Positions 1 through 10,632 of a stretch of DNA of 64,000 nt are shown piece after piece. The DNA comes from Spirochaetia bacterium. GTDB taxonomy: Bacteria > Spirochaetota > Spirochaetia > SZUA-6 > Bin103. Position 1 is the first letter of the stretch. Every line of letters begins with the position of its first letter. The stretch is taken from NCBI GenBank assembly GCA_965199955.1, contig CBDATQ010000002.1, forward strand, positions 1,344,001 through 1,408,000. The letters run 5' to 3'. The translations under genes were made by a program, and so were the position numbers. The notes under the pieces were generated by a model that ran no database searches, was not told the origin of the DNA, and worked only from the letters and a program-made list of their open reading frames with translations.

Positions 1-1085
1 CGCGCACCGGCATGAAGGCCATCTCCCGCGATGGGGGCAGAACCTGGGAGGGTCCGTACGCCGCCGGCTACTGGCCGATCGCCGGCCGCGTCAACGCCGG
101 CCTGCTGTCCAGCGGCGAGGCGCTGGTCGTGCACCGCGTCGGCGGATTCGAGCCCCAGCACTGGTTCGGCTTCTTCGTCGAGTCTCCCGAAACGGCGCTC
201 GCTCCCACGCCCAATCTGCCAGAAGCCAGGATGAACCCGCCCGCCGACACGTGGGGGATGATCGACAACGACACCAGCTCGTTCGCCGACCACGGCTACG
301 GCGACTGGGTGGAGCTGCCGGGAGGCGACGTCTACGCGGTCAACTACATCGTGGACACGGCGGCCGAAGACCGGCCGCAGATACGCGGCTACCGCCTGCG
401 CCGCGACGAATTGCTCGCCCCGTCGCGGAACCTCACCATCGACTTCACGCCGCCCGAGTACCGCCGCGGCAAGCTGGCGGGGCAGGCCGGCTGGGTGCGG
501 CAAATCCCGGAGTTGTGGCGCACCACCGAGTGGCTGGAGCAGGTCGACTACGGGCCGCTCGGCAACAACGTCGTGATCGACGGCCAGCGCATGACCGGAT
601 CGCGCAACGTCGGCGGCCTGGAGGAGGTGGTGCGGCGCGACGTCGGGCCCTACGATCTGGAGCGCGAGGTCGTGGAGCTGACCGTCACCCACCGGGGCCG
701 GCAGCGAGTGGGCATCCTGCGCCTGGACGACCAGGACGCCGACACGATCGTCGAGCTGCGCAGCGACTCCGTCTACGGGGAGCTGTGGGCGAGGGACAAC
801 CGCAGCGTGCCCTACCTCTCCGGCATCGAGGTCGGCGACGAGTGGTGGCTCACCACCATCCGCCTGGCCGGGGGGCGTGTGGAGGTAGTGTCGCGGCGAA
901 GGGACGCGGGCGCCGGAGCCGGCGCCGAACCCTGGGCCACCGTGGTGCCCGACGAAACGTACCGGCACCACTCCGCGCTGGCCGCGATCGTCGTGGCGCT
1001 CGGCGACGCTGGCGGCTTCTACGTCGACGACATCTCGATCGAGGTGGGCAGCAACGGCTCGGGGCCGCAAGGGGGCGCACGATGA
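1..1085 (+). CDS. BNR/Asp-box sialidase-like beta-propeller protein, 5'-partial
   Basis: Asp-box SRDGGRTW; ADHGYGDWVELPGG propeller-type motif; frame open to window start; ATGA overlap with next gene. Confidence 0.7.
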   Translation, partial: RTGMKAISRDGGRTWEGPYAAGYWPIAGRVNAGLLSSGEALVVHRVGGFEPQHWFGFFVESPETALAPTPNLPEARMNPPADTWGMIDNDTSSFADHGYGDWVELPGGDVYAVNYIVDTAAEDRPQIRGYRLRRDELLAPSRNLTIDFTPPEYRRGKLAGQAGWVRQIPELWRTTEWLEQVDYGPLGNNVVIDGQRMTGSRNVGGLEEVVRRDVGPYDLEREVVELTVTHRGRQRVGILRLDDQDADTIVELRSDSVYGELWARDNRSVPYLSGIEVGDEWWLTTIRLAGGRVEVVSRRRDAGAGAGAEPWATVVPDETYRHHSALAAIVVALGDAGGFYVDDISIEVGSNGSGPQGGAR

Positions 1086-1900
1086 GTCACGGACACGGGA
1101 ATGCGGTGGAGGATCACACCGGATCCAGGGTCATAGTCACCGGCGCCTGCGGCGGCATCGGCGAGGCGATCGCGCGCGCTTTCGCCGGCGCCGGTGCGGC
1201 GGTCGCGCTGGCCGACGTCCGTGCCGCAGAGCTGACCGAGCTGGCCTCGGCCCTCACGGGGCAGGGCGCGACCGTGCACCACGGCGTGGTCGACGTGACC
1301 GACGACGCGGCGGCGCAGGCGTTCTGCGCGTCGGCCGCGGGCGCCCTGGGCGGGGTCGACCACCTCGTCAACACCGTGGGCGTCGTCGACAACATGGGCG
1401 ATGTCGTGGACCTGGCGCCGGAGGTGTGGGAACGGACGCTGAGCGTCAACCTCACGTCGGCGTACCTGCTGGCGCGCCACGCCGTTCCTTTCATGATCGA
1501 GTCCGGCGGCGGCTCGATCGTCAACATCTCGTCCGTATCCGGCCTGGCCAACCAGGCGCGCGCCATGGCCTATTCGGTGACCAAGGCGGGCATGATCGCG
1601 CTCACCCGGAGCGAGGCCATCGACCTGGCCCGGCACGGCATCCGGGCGAACGCGATCTGTCCCGGCTCCGTGGAGACGCCGCTGGTCGAACAGGCCATTC
1701 ACCTCATGGCCTCAGAAACGGACCGTTCGTACCAGGAGACCCGCCACGACTGGGAGTCGCAATATCCGACCGGCCGCTTCTCGCGGCCCGAGGAAGTGGC
1801 CGAGCTCACGCTCTTCCTGTGCTCCGCGCGCGCCGGCAACGTCACCGGCGGCAGCTTCGTGATCGACGGCGGCCTGACGGCGCTCCTGCCGGAGCGCTGA
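1082..1900 (+). CDS. SDR family NAD(P)-dependent oxidoreductase
   Basis: TGACGGIG, NISS, YSVTK (YxxxK), NAICPG, IDGG motifs. Confidence 0.92.
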   Translation: MSHGHGNAVEDHTGSRVIVTGACGGIGEAIARAFAGAGAAVALADVRAAELTELASALTGQGATVHHGVVDVTDDAAAQAFCASAAGALGGVDHLVNTVGVVDNMGDVVDLAPEVWERTLSVNLTSAYLLARHAVPFMIESGGGSIVNISSVSGLANQARAMAYSVTKAGMIALTRSEAIDLARHGIRANAICPGSVETPLVEQAIHLMASETDRSYQETRHDWESQYPTGRFSRPEEVAELTLFLCSARAGNVTGGSFVIDGGLTALLPER

Positions 1901-1913
1901 TCCGCGCGGCGCG

Positions 1914-2491
1914 GTGAGCGACGGCGTCGCGGGCAGGTCCGAGCGGCGGGAAGCTGAGCGGCGCACGCTGCAGGGCCAGGTGGCGGTCGTCACCGGCGCC
2001 GCCAGCGCGATCGGGCGGGCCATCGCCGGGCTGTTCGTCGGCGCCGGCGCCCGCGTGGTGCTGGGCGACCGGCGCGGCGAGGCGCTGCACGCGCTGGCCG
2101 CCGGGCTGGGGACGCCCGCGGCCGCGATCGAGTGCGACGTCACCCAGGCGGAGCAGGTGGCGCGCCTGGTGGCAGCGGCGCGCGAGCGGTGGCAACGTCT
2201 GGACGTGCTGGCACCCTGGCCGATGCCCTCGAAGGGCAGGAGATCTCCTCCACGGTGGTGGTTCCCGGCATGGTCCACGAGGGCATGTGGAAGGAGATCG
2301 TCTCCCGGAGGGCCGCCGCGGACGGGCAGTCCCTGGAAGAAGCGGCCGAAGCACACCTTGCCGAGACGCCGACCGGCCGCTTTCAGAAGCCCGCGGATCT
2401 GGCTAACATCGTGCTCTACGTCGCCACCAGCCGGGGCATGACGCTGAGCGGCAGGATCGTCTGGTCCGAGGCTCACCAGGAGTGGCGCTGA
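1914..2491 (+). pseudogene. SDR oxidoreductase with the catalytic middle deleted and a frameshift near 2210
   Basis: N-term VAVVTGAASAIG..LDVL jumps to a C-term in another frame (VVVPGMV..PTGRFQKPADLA); no YxxxK. Confidence 0.75.
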
Positions 2492-2506
2492 AGCAGGAGA
2501 GATTCC

Positions 2507-3640
2507 GTGCGCATCGAATCCGTCGAGCCCTTCCTCTTTCACCATTGGCTGGTGGTCCGGATCGACACCGACACCGGCATCACCGGCTACGGACCCAGCG
2601 CCTACTGGGGGTATCCGGACGCCGCCGAGCGTATCGTCAGCGCGTTCCGGCAGCAGTTGGTGGGCACCGATCCCCTTCGTGTCGAGCAGCACTGGAACCG
2701 CCTGTTCCACTGGAAGCCGTTCCGCGACGGCGCGATCATCGGCGCCGTTGCCGCCGTCGACATCGCGCTCTGGGACATCGCCGGGCGCCACTTCGGCGTG
2801 CCGGCGTATCAGTTGCTGGGGGGCAAGCAGCGCGAAGCGGCCCGCCTGCACCTGCTCATCGACAGCCCGGACATCGACACGCTGGTCGCGGAAGCCACCG
2901 GCGCCGTCGCCGCCGGTTTCACGGCCGTAAAGTTCGACGCCCTGCCCGACGGTGGGGTAGAGGCCACGGAGACCTACACGGGGGCCATGCAGACGATCGT
3001 CGACCGCGCGGCGGCGGCACGCGAGGCGGTGGGCTGGGAGATCGACCTGATCCTGGAGCTCCACCGCGACTTCAACCCGGGCGAGGTCATCGCCCTTGCC
3101 GGCGAGCTGGAGCGCTTCCGGCTGTATTTCATCGAGGATCCGATCCCTCCCCACAGCGCCGATGCGCACGCCGACGTGCTGCGTCACAGCCGCATCCCGG
3201 TCGCCGTCGGCGAGCGTCAGACCACGATCTACGAGTTTCAGGAGATGCTGGCGCGGGGCGCGCGCTTCCTGCGCCCCGACGTCGGCATGTCCGGCGGGCT
3301 GACCCACTGCAAGAAGATCGCCACCCTGGCCGAGGCGCACCACGCCCAGGTGGTCACGCACAACTTCTTCAATCCGCTGGTCACCGCGGCCACGCTGCAG
3401 CTCTACGCCGCGATCCCCAACGCCGGCACCCTGGAGTACCTGCTCTGGGAGGAGGAACCGCCGCGCAGCGAGATGCTGAAATCCCCGCTCCGCCGCGACG
3501 GCGGCTACCTGCCGATCTCGGACGCCCCTGGCCTGGGCGTGGACTTGGACCCCGCCATCGTCGACCGCTACCCCTATCAGCCGTGGGAGTACCCGCCGCA
3601 GGTCCGCATGCGCGGCGACGGCTCGGTGTTCCTCAAGTAG
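2507..3640 (+). CDS. Mandelate racemase/muconate lactonizing enzyme family (galactonate dehydratase-like)
   Basis: AVDIALWDIAG, LLGG, FIEDP, VAVGER, GGLT, VVTHN, PGLGV. Confidence 0.9.
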   Translation: MRIESVEPFLFHHWLVVRIDTDTGITGYGPSAYWGYPDAAERIVSAFRQQLVGTDPLRVEQHWNRLFHWKPFRDGAIIGAVAAVDIALWDIAGRHFGVPAYQLLGGKQREAARLHLLIDSPDIDTLVAEATGAVAAGFTAVKFDALPDGGVEATETYTGAMQTIVDRAAAAREAVGWEIDLILELHRDFNPGEVIALAGELERFRLYFIEDPIPPHSADAHADVLRHSRIPVAVGERQTTIYEFQEMLARGARFLRPDVGMSGGLTHCKKIATLAEAHHAQVVTHNFFNPLVTAATLQLYAAIPNAGTLEYLLWEEEPPRSEMLKSPLRRDGGYLPISDAPGLGVDLDPAIVDRYPYQPWEYPPQVRMRGDGSVFLK

Positions 3641-3662
3641 CCGGAGAGTCGAGGAGAGAGAT

Positions 3663-4220
3663 TTGGACGAACTGAAGCACCTGTCGATGGACACGCTCAC
3701 CGCCGGGCTCGACGAGGTTCGCCGGTCGCCCGCGGCGACCGGCGTGCTGGAACTGATCGTCCGTCGGCCGCGGACGGACGTTCGCGAAGTCGCAGATGTC
3801 GCCGAGCTCGACGTGGCCGAAGGCTTGGTTGGCGACGGTTGGAAGACCCGTGGCAGCTCGAACACCGACGATGGTTCTGCCGAGCTGGAACGCCAGCTCA
3901 CGCTGGCCAACGCTCGCCTGATGGCCCTGGTGGCCCGGGAGAAGCGCCATTGGCCGCCGGCCGGGGACCAGCTCTACGTCGACTTCGACCTGAGCCAGGA
4001 CAACGCGCCTCCGGGGACCCGCCTGGCGATCGGTGCCGCAGTGATCCAGATCACGGAGACGCCTCACACCGGCTGCAGGAAATACGCGGCCCGCTACGGG
4101 CGGGATGCCTTGAAGTTCATCAGCACGCCTCTGGGCAAGGAGCTGCGGCTCCGTGGGCTCTACGCCAAGGTCATCCGTTCCGGAACGATCCGGGCCGGGG
4201 ATGCCGTAACGAAGCTGTAG
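3663..4220 (+). CDS. MOSC domain-containing protein
   Basis: EGLVGD, AGDQLYVDFDL, PHTGCRKY, LRGLYAKV..GTIRAGD. Confidence 0.85.
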   Translation: MDELKHLSMDTLTAGLDEVRRSPAATGVLELIVRRPRTDVREVADVAELDVAEGLVGDGWKTRGSSNTDDGSAELERQLTLANARLMALVAREKRHWPPAGDQLYVDFDLSQDNAPPGTRLAIGAAVIQITETPHTGCRKYAARYGRDALKFISTPLGKELRLRGLYAKVIRSGTIRAGDAVTKL

Positions 4221-4237
4221 TCCGTTCCGGATTCCCT

Positions 4238-5101
4238 TAGCCCGAAGTTCCAGGAGCGAAATTGCCTGAAGTCCTTGTGGTCAGGGTAGTTTCTCAATGG
4301 TGCAGGTTCCTGTGCATGGCTACATGCGGGGCGTGACCCCAAGCAGCTCGAAACAGCGCTGCTGAACCGGCGTCGGGTGCGTGTGCAGCGTGAACGTGCT
4401 GCCGCCCTCTGCAACCTGCATCGTGTTCGCGGTCAGCGTGCCCAGCTCAATGATCAGCGTGCGAGCTGTGCACCGGCAACCCTCGGTGCGCTTGCTTGAC
4501 GCCTTGGCCGCCGCGGCCGCCGATCGCTGCGCCGGCGCCACTTCGAACAACGACAGCGACACCTCACCGGCGGCCACCAGCGTGCGGATCGTCGGCGCGC
4601 GCAGCGTCGTGATCCACCGCGTCCCAACTGCGCCAGCTCGCAGTGGCTGCCCTCGAAGTAGGTCGAGCTCAGGTCGTAGAGCACCAGCGTGTGCTCGCTG
4701 AGGTGCTGTTCGGCCAGGCGGTCCTCGATCGCCGCCTGTGGCGCCCGACCAACCAGTCCATCGCCTCATGGAGCTCGTTCTCATCGACCTCGCCCAGCCG
4801 CAGCGACTCGCCCAGGGTGGACACGGCGCTGGGCGGTGAGAGCGCGCGGGCGGTGGCCAGCTTGGACTGCGCGTCGATGACGCGGGCGGTGATCATGGCG
4901 ATGACCAACTCGCGGCGTGCTGTCCACCCTGACGGCCTTGTTGAACTCGACCATGACTATGACGTGCTGGTCCCGCTCGATCGTCCGGCCGTGTGCCTCG
5001 TCGCCATGGGCGAACGGGAACATGTTGACTTGGCTGATCCGAGGAGCCGTGACGCGGCTGCCGTCCACTGTGCGGCGAGCGTCGGCGGCGACTTCGGTCT
5101 T
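4238..5101 (-). mobile_element. IS1634-family insertion sequence remnant, internally deleted
   Basis: Transposase fragments in several frames (VIAMITARVI..SKLATAR; DENELHEAMDWL; LYDLSSTYFEG; PTPVQQRCFELLGV); imperfect terminal IR TAGCCCGAAGTT (4238) / AAGACCGAAGTC (5101, minus strand). Confidence 0.7.
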
Positions 5102-5125
5102 CCTGCGGCCGGCCGTGTCCGGTCA

Positions 5126-5578
5126 TCAAGCGTTCTCGACCCAGGCGCGGGCGCGCCGCACGTGCTCCAAGGGACGGAACACCGATGAGAACATGTCGCG
5201 CACGACGCCCTCCTCATCGATGAGGTACGTCACCCGGCCTGTCGTGCCAAACAGCAGCGCCGAGCTCGCCCCGTAGAGGCGCCGCACCGAGCCGTCCCGG
5301 TCGCTCACGATCGGGAACGGTAGTTCCCGGCTCGAGGCGAACCTTCGGTGCGACTCCACCGAATCGCTGCTGATGCCCACCACCTCCGCTCCGGCGGTCG
5401 TCAGCTCCTCGTACGCGTCGCGGAATGCGCACGCCTCCGCGGTGCATCCCCTCGTGTTGTTGCGCGGGTAGAAGAACAGCACGACCTTGCGGCCGCGCAG
5501 CGAGCTGAGTTGCAGAGGCGTGCCGTTCGCCCCAGGCAGGACGAAGTCAGGGGCGCTCTGGTTGACCGCGACACCCAT
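5126..5578 (-). CDS. bcp: Peroxiredoxin, BCP/PrxQ family
   Basis: APDFVLP, FFYPRNNTRGCTAEACAFRD, GISSDSVESH. Confidence 0.9.
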   Translation of the reverse strand: MGVAVNQSAPDFVLPGANGTPLQLSSLRGRKVVLFFYPRNNTRGCTAEACAFRDAYEELTTAGAEVVGISSDSVESHRRFASSRELPFPIVSDRDGSVRRLYGASSALLFGTTGRVTYLIDEEGVVRDMFSSVFRPLEHVRRARAWVENA

Positions 5579-5777
5579 GGGCCGATTCTATCCGCGGAGA
5601 ACCGTCGCCGAAAGCTCGTGAACGGCAAGGCCGTCGCGAACTTCGGCGTCGCAGTGAATTCGGCGCCCTGGACAGGCGTTCGGCTGGCTCGCGGAGCGTC
5701 CGTGCCACGACACCGCAATCGGCGCGCGCTATGCTCGGACCACTTGGTGAAGCACCGCCAGGCGGGAGGTTTGCAAC

Positions 5778-6515
5778 GTGGCTGACGTCGCCATCGTAAC
5801 CGGAGCCAGCCGCGGGATCGGCGCAGCGACGGTGCGCCTGCTGGGCGCGCGCGGCTACCGCGTGTGCGTCAACTATCGCACCGAGCCCGAGCCGGCGCGC
5901 GAGCTGTGCGCGGAGATCGAGGCAGCCGGCGGACGCGCCATCGCCGTCTACGCCGACGTCGGCCGGGCCGACGAGGTCGCGGAGCTGTTCGCCACCGTGG
6001 ACGGAGAGCTCGGCCCGGTCACGGCGCTGGTCAACAACGCGGCCATGATAGGACCGAGCACCCGCGTGATCGACCTGGACCCCGCGGACATGGAGCGGCT
6101 GCTGCAGGTCAACGTGATGGGCGTCGTGCACTGCACCCAGCAGGCGCTGCGCCGCATGTCGACCGATCACGGCGGCACGGGAGGCGCGATCGTGAACGTC
6201 TCCTCGGGAGCCTCGTACGTCGGCGAGCCCGGGGTCGCCGTCCACTATGCGGCCACCAAGGGAGCCGTGACCAGCTTCGGCATCGGCCTGGCGCAGGAGG
6301 TGATGGCCGAGGGCGTGCGCGTCAACACCGTAAGCCCCGGCCCTATCCGCACGGCCATGCCCCACCCGGGCGCCCTGGAGCGGGGAGCGCAGGTCGTGCC
6401 GGCCCGCCGCGCGGGCGAGCCGGAGGAGGTGGCCGAGGCGATCGTCTGGCTGCTGTCCCCGGCGGCAAGCTACGTCGCCTGCGCCAACATCCGCGTAGCC
6501 GGGGGCAAGCCGTAA
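5778..6515 (+). CDS. SDR family oxidoreductase
   Basis: TGASRGIG, LVNNAA, NVSS, YAATK; SD GGGAGG upstream. Confidence 0.92.
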   Translation: MADVAIVTGASRGIGAATVRLLGARGYRVCVNYRTEPEPARELCAEIEAAGGRAIAVYADVGRADEVAELFATVDGELGPVTALVNNAAMIGPSTRVIDLDPADMERLLQVNVMGVVHCTQQALRRMSTDHGGTGGAIVNVSSGASYVGEPGVAVHYAATKGAVTSFGIGLAQEVMAEGVRVNTVSPGPIRTAMPHPGALERGAQVVPARRAGEPEEVAEAIVWLLSPAASYVACANIRVAGGKP

Positions 6516-6605
6516 CGGGTGGCCGGCCGGTCCCCGAGCGGAATGCAACGGGCGCCGGGTATACTCGTGCTTGCGACCGGAGATACCAAGGCGATGAGAG
6601 CCGCA

Positions 6606-6851
6606 ATGACGTTGGAAGAGGCGGTCTGGGTCGATCCCGACCGGATGAGCGGGGCGCCGTGCTTCCGCGGAAGCCGACTTCCGGTACGACATCTTTTCGA
6701 CTGGCTCGCGGACGGCGTGCCTCTCGACGAGTTCGTCGACGAGTTCCGCATCGACAGGCGAGCCGCAGAAGCGGTTCTGCGGGCGGCGGGTGCCGAGTTG
6801 TCGCGTCGCCGCGACGGCGCCGGCCAGCGCTCGTACGCCTCCGGCGCATGA
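6606..6851 (+). CDS. DUF433-family putative antitoxin
   Basis: DPDRMSGAPCFRGSRLPV..L.DG.PLDEF signature; directly upstream of a PIN-like gene. Confidence 0.85.
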   Translation: MTLEEAVWVDPDRMSGAPCFRGSRLPVRHLFDWLADGVPLDEFVDEFRIDRRAAEAVLRAAGAELSRRRDGAGQRSYASGA

Positions 6852-7180
6852 ATGAAGATCTTGCTCGATGTTGGTATTTCTCCTCGCCTGCGACCGGCGC
6901 TGGAGAAGGCTCTTGGCGGAGCCAGGGGGAGAGCGCAGTGTTCAACGAGTGGCGCACGTTACGGAACAGCGAACTGCTGAAACAGGCACAGGATCACTGT
7001 TTCACGACACTGATCACATCTGACAAGCGGTTGGCCCGCGAGCATTCGCCGCTTCCCTTGGCTGTGATCGCAGTCGATGACACCCGCCTGAAACCACTGC
7101 TCGACGGTGTGCCCGACATCGCTCGAGCGGTCCGCGAAACACCGACCGGGTCGTTCCAGATCGTCGAGGTCGGCCCGTGA
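6852..7180 (+). pseudogene. DUF5615-like PIN toxin, 1-nt frameshift near 6925
   Basis: MKILLDVGISPRL.. continues in another frame as ESAVFNEWRTLRNSELL..TLITSDK; one extra base in the G-run restores the frame. Confidence 0.72.
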
Positions 7181-8688
7181 GCGATCGCAAAGGCGGGCTG
7201 CCCAACCTCCTGGTCGTCATGACCGACGAGCACGCGGCACAGTTCGCCGGCACCTACGGCCATCCCTTCATCGCCACGCCGGGCATGGACCGGCTGGCGT
7301 GCGAGGGCGTCACCTTCGACGCCGCCTACTGCAACAATCCGCTGTGCGTGCCGTCGCGGCTGTCGTTCATGACCGGCCGCTACACCCATCGCTGCGGCGG
7401 TTGGGACAACTCCACGGCGCTGCCCGTGGACGCGGTCACGTGGCCCTACCTGATGCGCGCGCAGGGCTACGAGGCGGTGCTGTCCGGCAAGATGCACCTG
7501 ATCGGCCCGGACCGGCTGCACGGCTTCGAGCGCCAGCTCGCCGTCGACCTGCACGCCGATCTCGTGCATCCGGTGTACCGGTGGGCGGAAGGCATCCCCG
7601 AGGCGGCCGAGCCCTGGTCCGGAGTGACGCGCACCGGGTCGCGGGTGCCCGAGCACGGCCGTCGCTTCGGAGCGGAGATCGACGCCGATGCTCGCATGGA
7701 GCAGCCGGTGGAAACCGGCCCCGGCACGACCCCGGAGATCGAGGCGGACGACCTCGCCGTGGAGCGCGCGATCGAGTATCTGCACACTCGCGAGGGCGCC
7801 GATGCGCCGTTCGCCCTGTGCGTCGGCCTGATCGCACCGCACTACCCGTTCGTGGTGCCGGAGCCGTTCTTCTCGCAGTACTTCCCCGAGCACGCCGACC
7901 TTCCCGAGCTGCCGCCGGGCCACCTGCAGGAGCTGTCGCCGGCATCGCAACGCCTGCGCCGCGCGTTCGGTTTCCACGGGCACACCGACGACCAGGTGCG
8001 CCGCGCCCGCGCCGCCTACTACGGGCTGGTGAGCTACGCCGACAGCAAGCTCGAAGCGCTGCTCGACGTCCTGGACCGGACCGGGCTGGCCGACAACACC
8101 ATCGTCGTGCACACCAGCGACCACGGCGAGCTGCTCGGCGAGCACGGGCTCTGGCGCAAGATGTCGTTCTACGAGCAGTCGGCGCGCGTGCCGCTGCAGA
8201 TCCGCTGGCCGGGGCGTGGGGTTGCAGGGGAGAGGATCCCCGCGTGCACGTCGCTGGTCGACGTGACCGCCACGCTGGTGGACGCCGCCGGGGCGGCCGG
8301 ACCGGGGCTGGAGCTGGACGGCCGCAGCCTCGCCGGCCTAATCGACGGCTCGGCCGAGGCGATCCGCGCCTGGCCCGACGAGGCGTTCGCCGAGCACACC
8401 GCACACGGCACCGACCGGCCGCGTGCCATGCTGCGCCGCGGCCATTGGAAGCTCTGCCTGTCCGGCGGGGACGATCCCGAGGCGGAGCTCTTCGACCTGC
8501 TGCAGGATCCGGGCGAGTTCCACAACCGCGCCGGCGACCCGGAGGCAGCGGAAGTCGAGGTGGAGATGCGCGAGGCCCTGCTCGCCCGCTGGGACCCGGC
8601 CGCCGTCGACGCGCAGGTGCGCGCCCACCAGGACCGGGTCGCCCTCATCCGCTCCGCCAGCCGTCCGGGAGAACATCCGCTGTTCTGA
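7177..8688 (+). CDS. Sulfatase (choline-sulfatase-like)
   Basis: PNLLVVMTDEH, CVPSR, GKMH, TSDHGE, WRKMSFYE. Confidence 0.93.
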   Translation: MSDRKGGLPNLLVVMTDEHAAQFAGTYGHPFIATPGMDRLACEGVTFDAAYCNNPLCVPSRLSFMTGRYTHRCGGWDNSTALPVDAVTWPYLMRAQGYEAVLSGKMHLIGPDRLHGFERQLAVDLHADLVHPVYRWAEGIPEAAEPWSGVTRTGSRVPEHGRRFGAEIDADARMEQPVETGPGTTPEIEADDLAVERAIEYLHTREGADAPFALCVGLIAPHYPFVVPEPFFSQYFPEHADLPELPPGHLQELSPASQRLRRAFGFHGHTDDQVRRARAAYYGLVSYADSKLEALLDVLDRTGLADNTIVVHTSDHGELLGEHGLWRKMSFYEQSARVPLQIRWPGRGVAGERIPACTSLVDVTATLVDAAGAAGPGLELDGRSLAGLIDGSAEAIRAWPDEAFAEHTAHGTDRPRAMLRRGHWKLCLSGGDDPEAELFDLLQDPGEFHNRAGDPEAAEVEVEMREALLARWDPAAVDAQVRAHQDRVALIRSASRPGEHPLF

Positions 8689-8729
8689 AGCGTAGGCGCC
8701 GACCGGCTGCTCGGCGTCGGCGTTCCCGG

Positions 8730-9551
8730 TCAGCCGGCCGCGCGGTCGGGCAGGACCTTCGCCTGCTCGAACAGCTTGCGGCCGCGCTCGGAGAGCTGCT
8801 CGAACTCCCTCTCGCCGATCCGGATCGGGCGGCGGCCGGTCAGGAGCGGGGCGGCCCAGCGCAGCGAATAGCAGATCACCAGCTCCGGACGCGGGGCGTC
8901 GGAGCGGTTGGGAGTGCCGCGGTGCAGGGCGCGCGGGTCCTGCACCCACAGGGTGCCGCGCTTCATGTTGAGCCGCATGCGGTGCGGATAGGAGCCGCTC
9001 TCGAGGATGTCGTTGTAGTCGCCTTCCACGTGCGGGTCGGCCAGGTACTGAGTCGAGGGCAGGACCTCGAAGCTGCCGTTCTCGACGCTGGTGTCGACCA
9101 GCGGGAACTTGACCCCCAGGTGGGGCACCCGCGCCATCGCCACGTGCGTGGCCATGAGCGGGATGTCGCGGTGCCAGTTCTGGTGGACGGAGCCGGGGTA
9201 CGGGGTGTTGGAGTGCAGGCAGGACACCAGGAAGTCGTCGGTCTCCCAGTACGCCTCCAGCAGCGCCAGCAGGGTGGGGTGCTCGGCGATCTCCGGGCAG
9301 GCCAGTCCGCCCTCCCACGGCCAGTGCAGGGTGTAGCGGCTGGGGTGCTGCAGGTGCCCGCAGCCGACGCGGATATCGCCACGCTCGTCGAGGCCGAGTT
9401 CATGGTCGCGGTCCCGCACGTGCTCCAGCAGCGGCAGGAACGAGGCGTGAACGCGCTCGATGGTGGGGACGGGGATGGCGTCCTCCATCAGCGCGAACCC
9501 GTTGATGTACAGCTCGTTGCGCAGTTGCGTCACCCGGTCCACGGCACACAC
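8730..9551 (-). CDS. Phytanoyl-CoA dioxygenase (PhyH) family protein
   Basis: NGFALMED, WHRD (HxD), ENGSFEVLPST, ALHRGTPN. Confidence 0.85.
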   Translation of the reverse strand: MCAVDRVTQLRNELYINGFALMEDAIPVPTIERVHASFLPLLEHVRDRDHELGLDERGDIRVGCGHLQHPSRYTLHWPWEGGLACPEIAEHPTLLALLEAYWETDDFLVSCLHSNTPYPGSVHQNWHRDIPLMATHVAMARVPHLGVKFPLVDTSVENGSFEVLPSTQYLADPHVEGDYNDILESGSYPHRMRLNMKRGTLWVQDPRALHRGTPNRSDAPRPELVICYSLRWAAPLLTGRRPIRIGEREFEQLSERGRKLFEQAKVLPDRAAG

Positions 9552-9553
9552 CG

Positions 9554-10358
9554 TCAGGCGGCCGTGCGCTCTGGCAGGATGGTCGCCCGCTCGAACAGCT
9601 TGCGGCCGCGCTCGGAGAGCTCGTCGAACTCGCGGGCGCCCACCCAGAGCGGGCGGGTCATGAGCGACGAGACCCGGCGCAGCGTGTAGCAGATCACCAG
9701 TTCCGGCCGCGGGCTATCGGACCCGTTCGGGGTGCCGCGGTGCAGGGCGCGCGGGTCCTGCACCCACAGGGTGCCGCGTTTCATGTTGAGCCGCATGCGG
9801 TGCGGGTAGGAGCCGCTCTCCAGGATGTCGTTGTAGTTGTCTTCCCGGTCAGGATCGGCCAGGAGCTGGGTCGACGGCAGGACCTCGAAACTGCCGTTCT
9901 CGACGTTGGTGTCGACCAGCGGAAACTTGACCCCGAAGTGCGGCACCCGCTCCTCGGCCACGTGCGGGGTCATGAGCTTGGCGTCGCGGTGCCAGTTCTG
10001 GTGAATGGACCCGGGGTACGGGGTGTTGGAGTGCAGGCAGGTGACCACGAAGTCGTCGGTTTCCCAGTACGCCTCCAGCAGCCCCAGCAGGGTGGGGTGC
10101 TCGGCGATCTCGGGACAGGCCAAGCTACCCTCCCACGGCCACTGCATGGTGTAGCGGTTGGGGTGTTGCAGGCGCCCGCAGCCGACACGGATGTCGCCCC
10201 GTTCGTCATGGCCGAGCTCATGCTCGCGGTGGGACGTGCTCCAGCATCGGCAGGAACTCCGCGTGGATGCGCTCGATGGTGGGGATGGGGATGGCGTCCT
10301 CCATCACCGCGAACCCGTTGATGTACAGCTCGTCGAGCAGTTGCGTGACCTGGTCCAT
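9554..10358 (-). pseudogene. PhyH family protein, tandem paralog of 8730-9551, frameshift near 10230
   Basis: N-term MDQVTQLLDELYINGFAVMED aligns to the paralog; 2 nt are missing relative to VRDR. Confidence 0.8.
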
Positions 10359-10380
10359 GCTCACTCCCGCGCGGAGGGTA

Positions 10381-10620
10381 TCACGCCGATTCGGTCGGTG
10401 CGGGCGGACTCTCCGCCGGCGCCGCGGGTGTCTTCGGTGTTGGCTCGAACGGGTCGAGCACGCTTACCCCCAGGGTGCGGAAGTCACCTGCGTTGCGCGT
10501 GACGACGGTCAACCCGTGCACCTCGGCCGTCGCCGCGATCATGACGTCCTCGATCAACGTGTCCGACTGCCGGTGCTTGAGGCGCGCCCATGCCCTGAAC
10601 GCGGCCGCGTCCAGGATGCT
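10381..10620 (-). pseudogene. VapC PIN toxin, C-terminal remnant
   Basis: DAAAFRAWARLKHRQSDTLIEDVMIAATAEVHGLTVVTRNAGDF..GVSVLDPF; no N-terminus. Confidence 0.75.
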
Positions 10621-10632
10621 GTGCCCTCGTCC

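Noticed and set aside
5590..5730. Hairpin-rich intergenic region with GGAGA..CGCCGAA, faintly like a glycine riboswitch
   Set aside because: Lacks the conserved CTCAGG half and a fitting downstream gene; not repeated in the window
6921..6932. G-run frameshift as programmed frameshifting or phase variation
   Set aside because: Only 5 G; similar 1-2 nt losses at 10230 and 35828 are outside long homopolymers, so mutation or sequencing error is simpler
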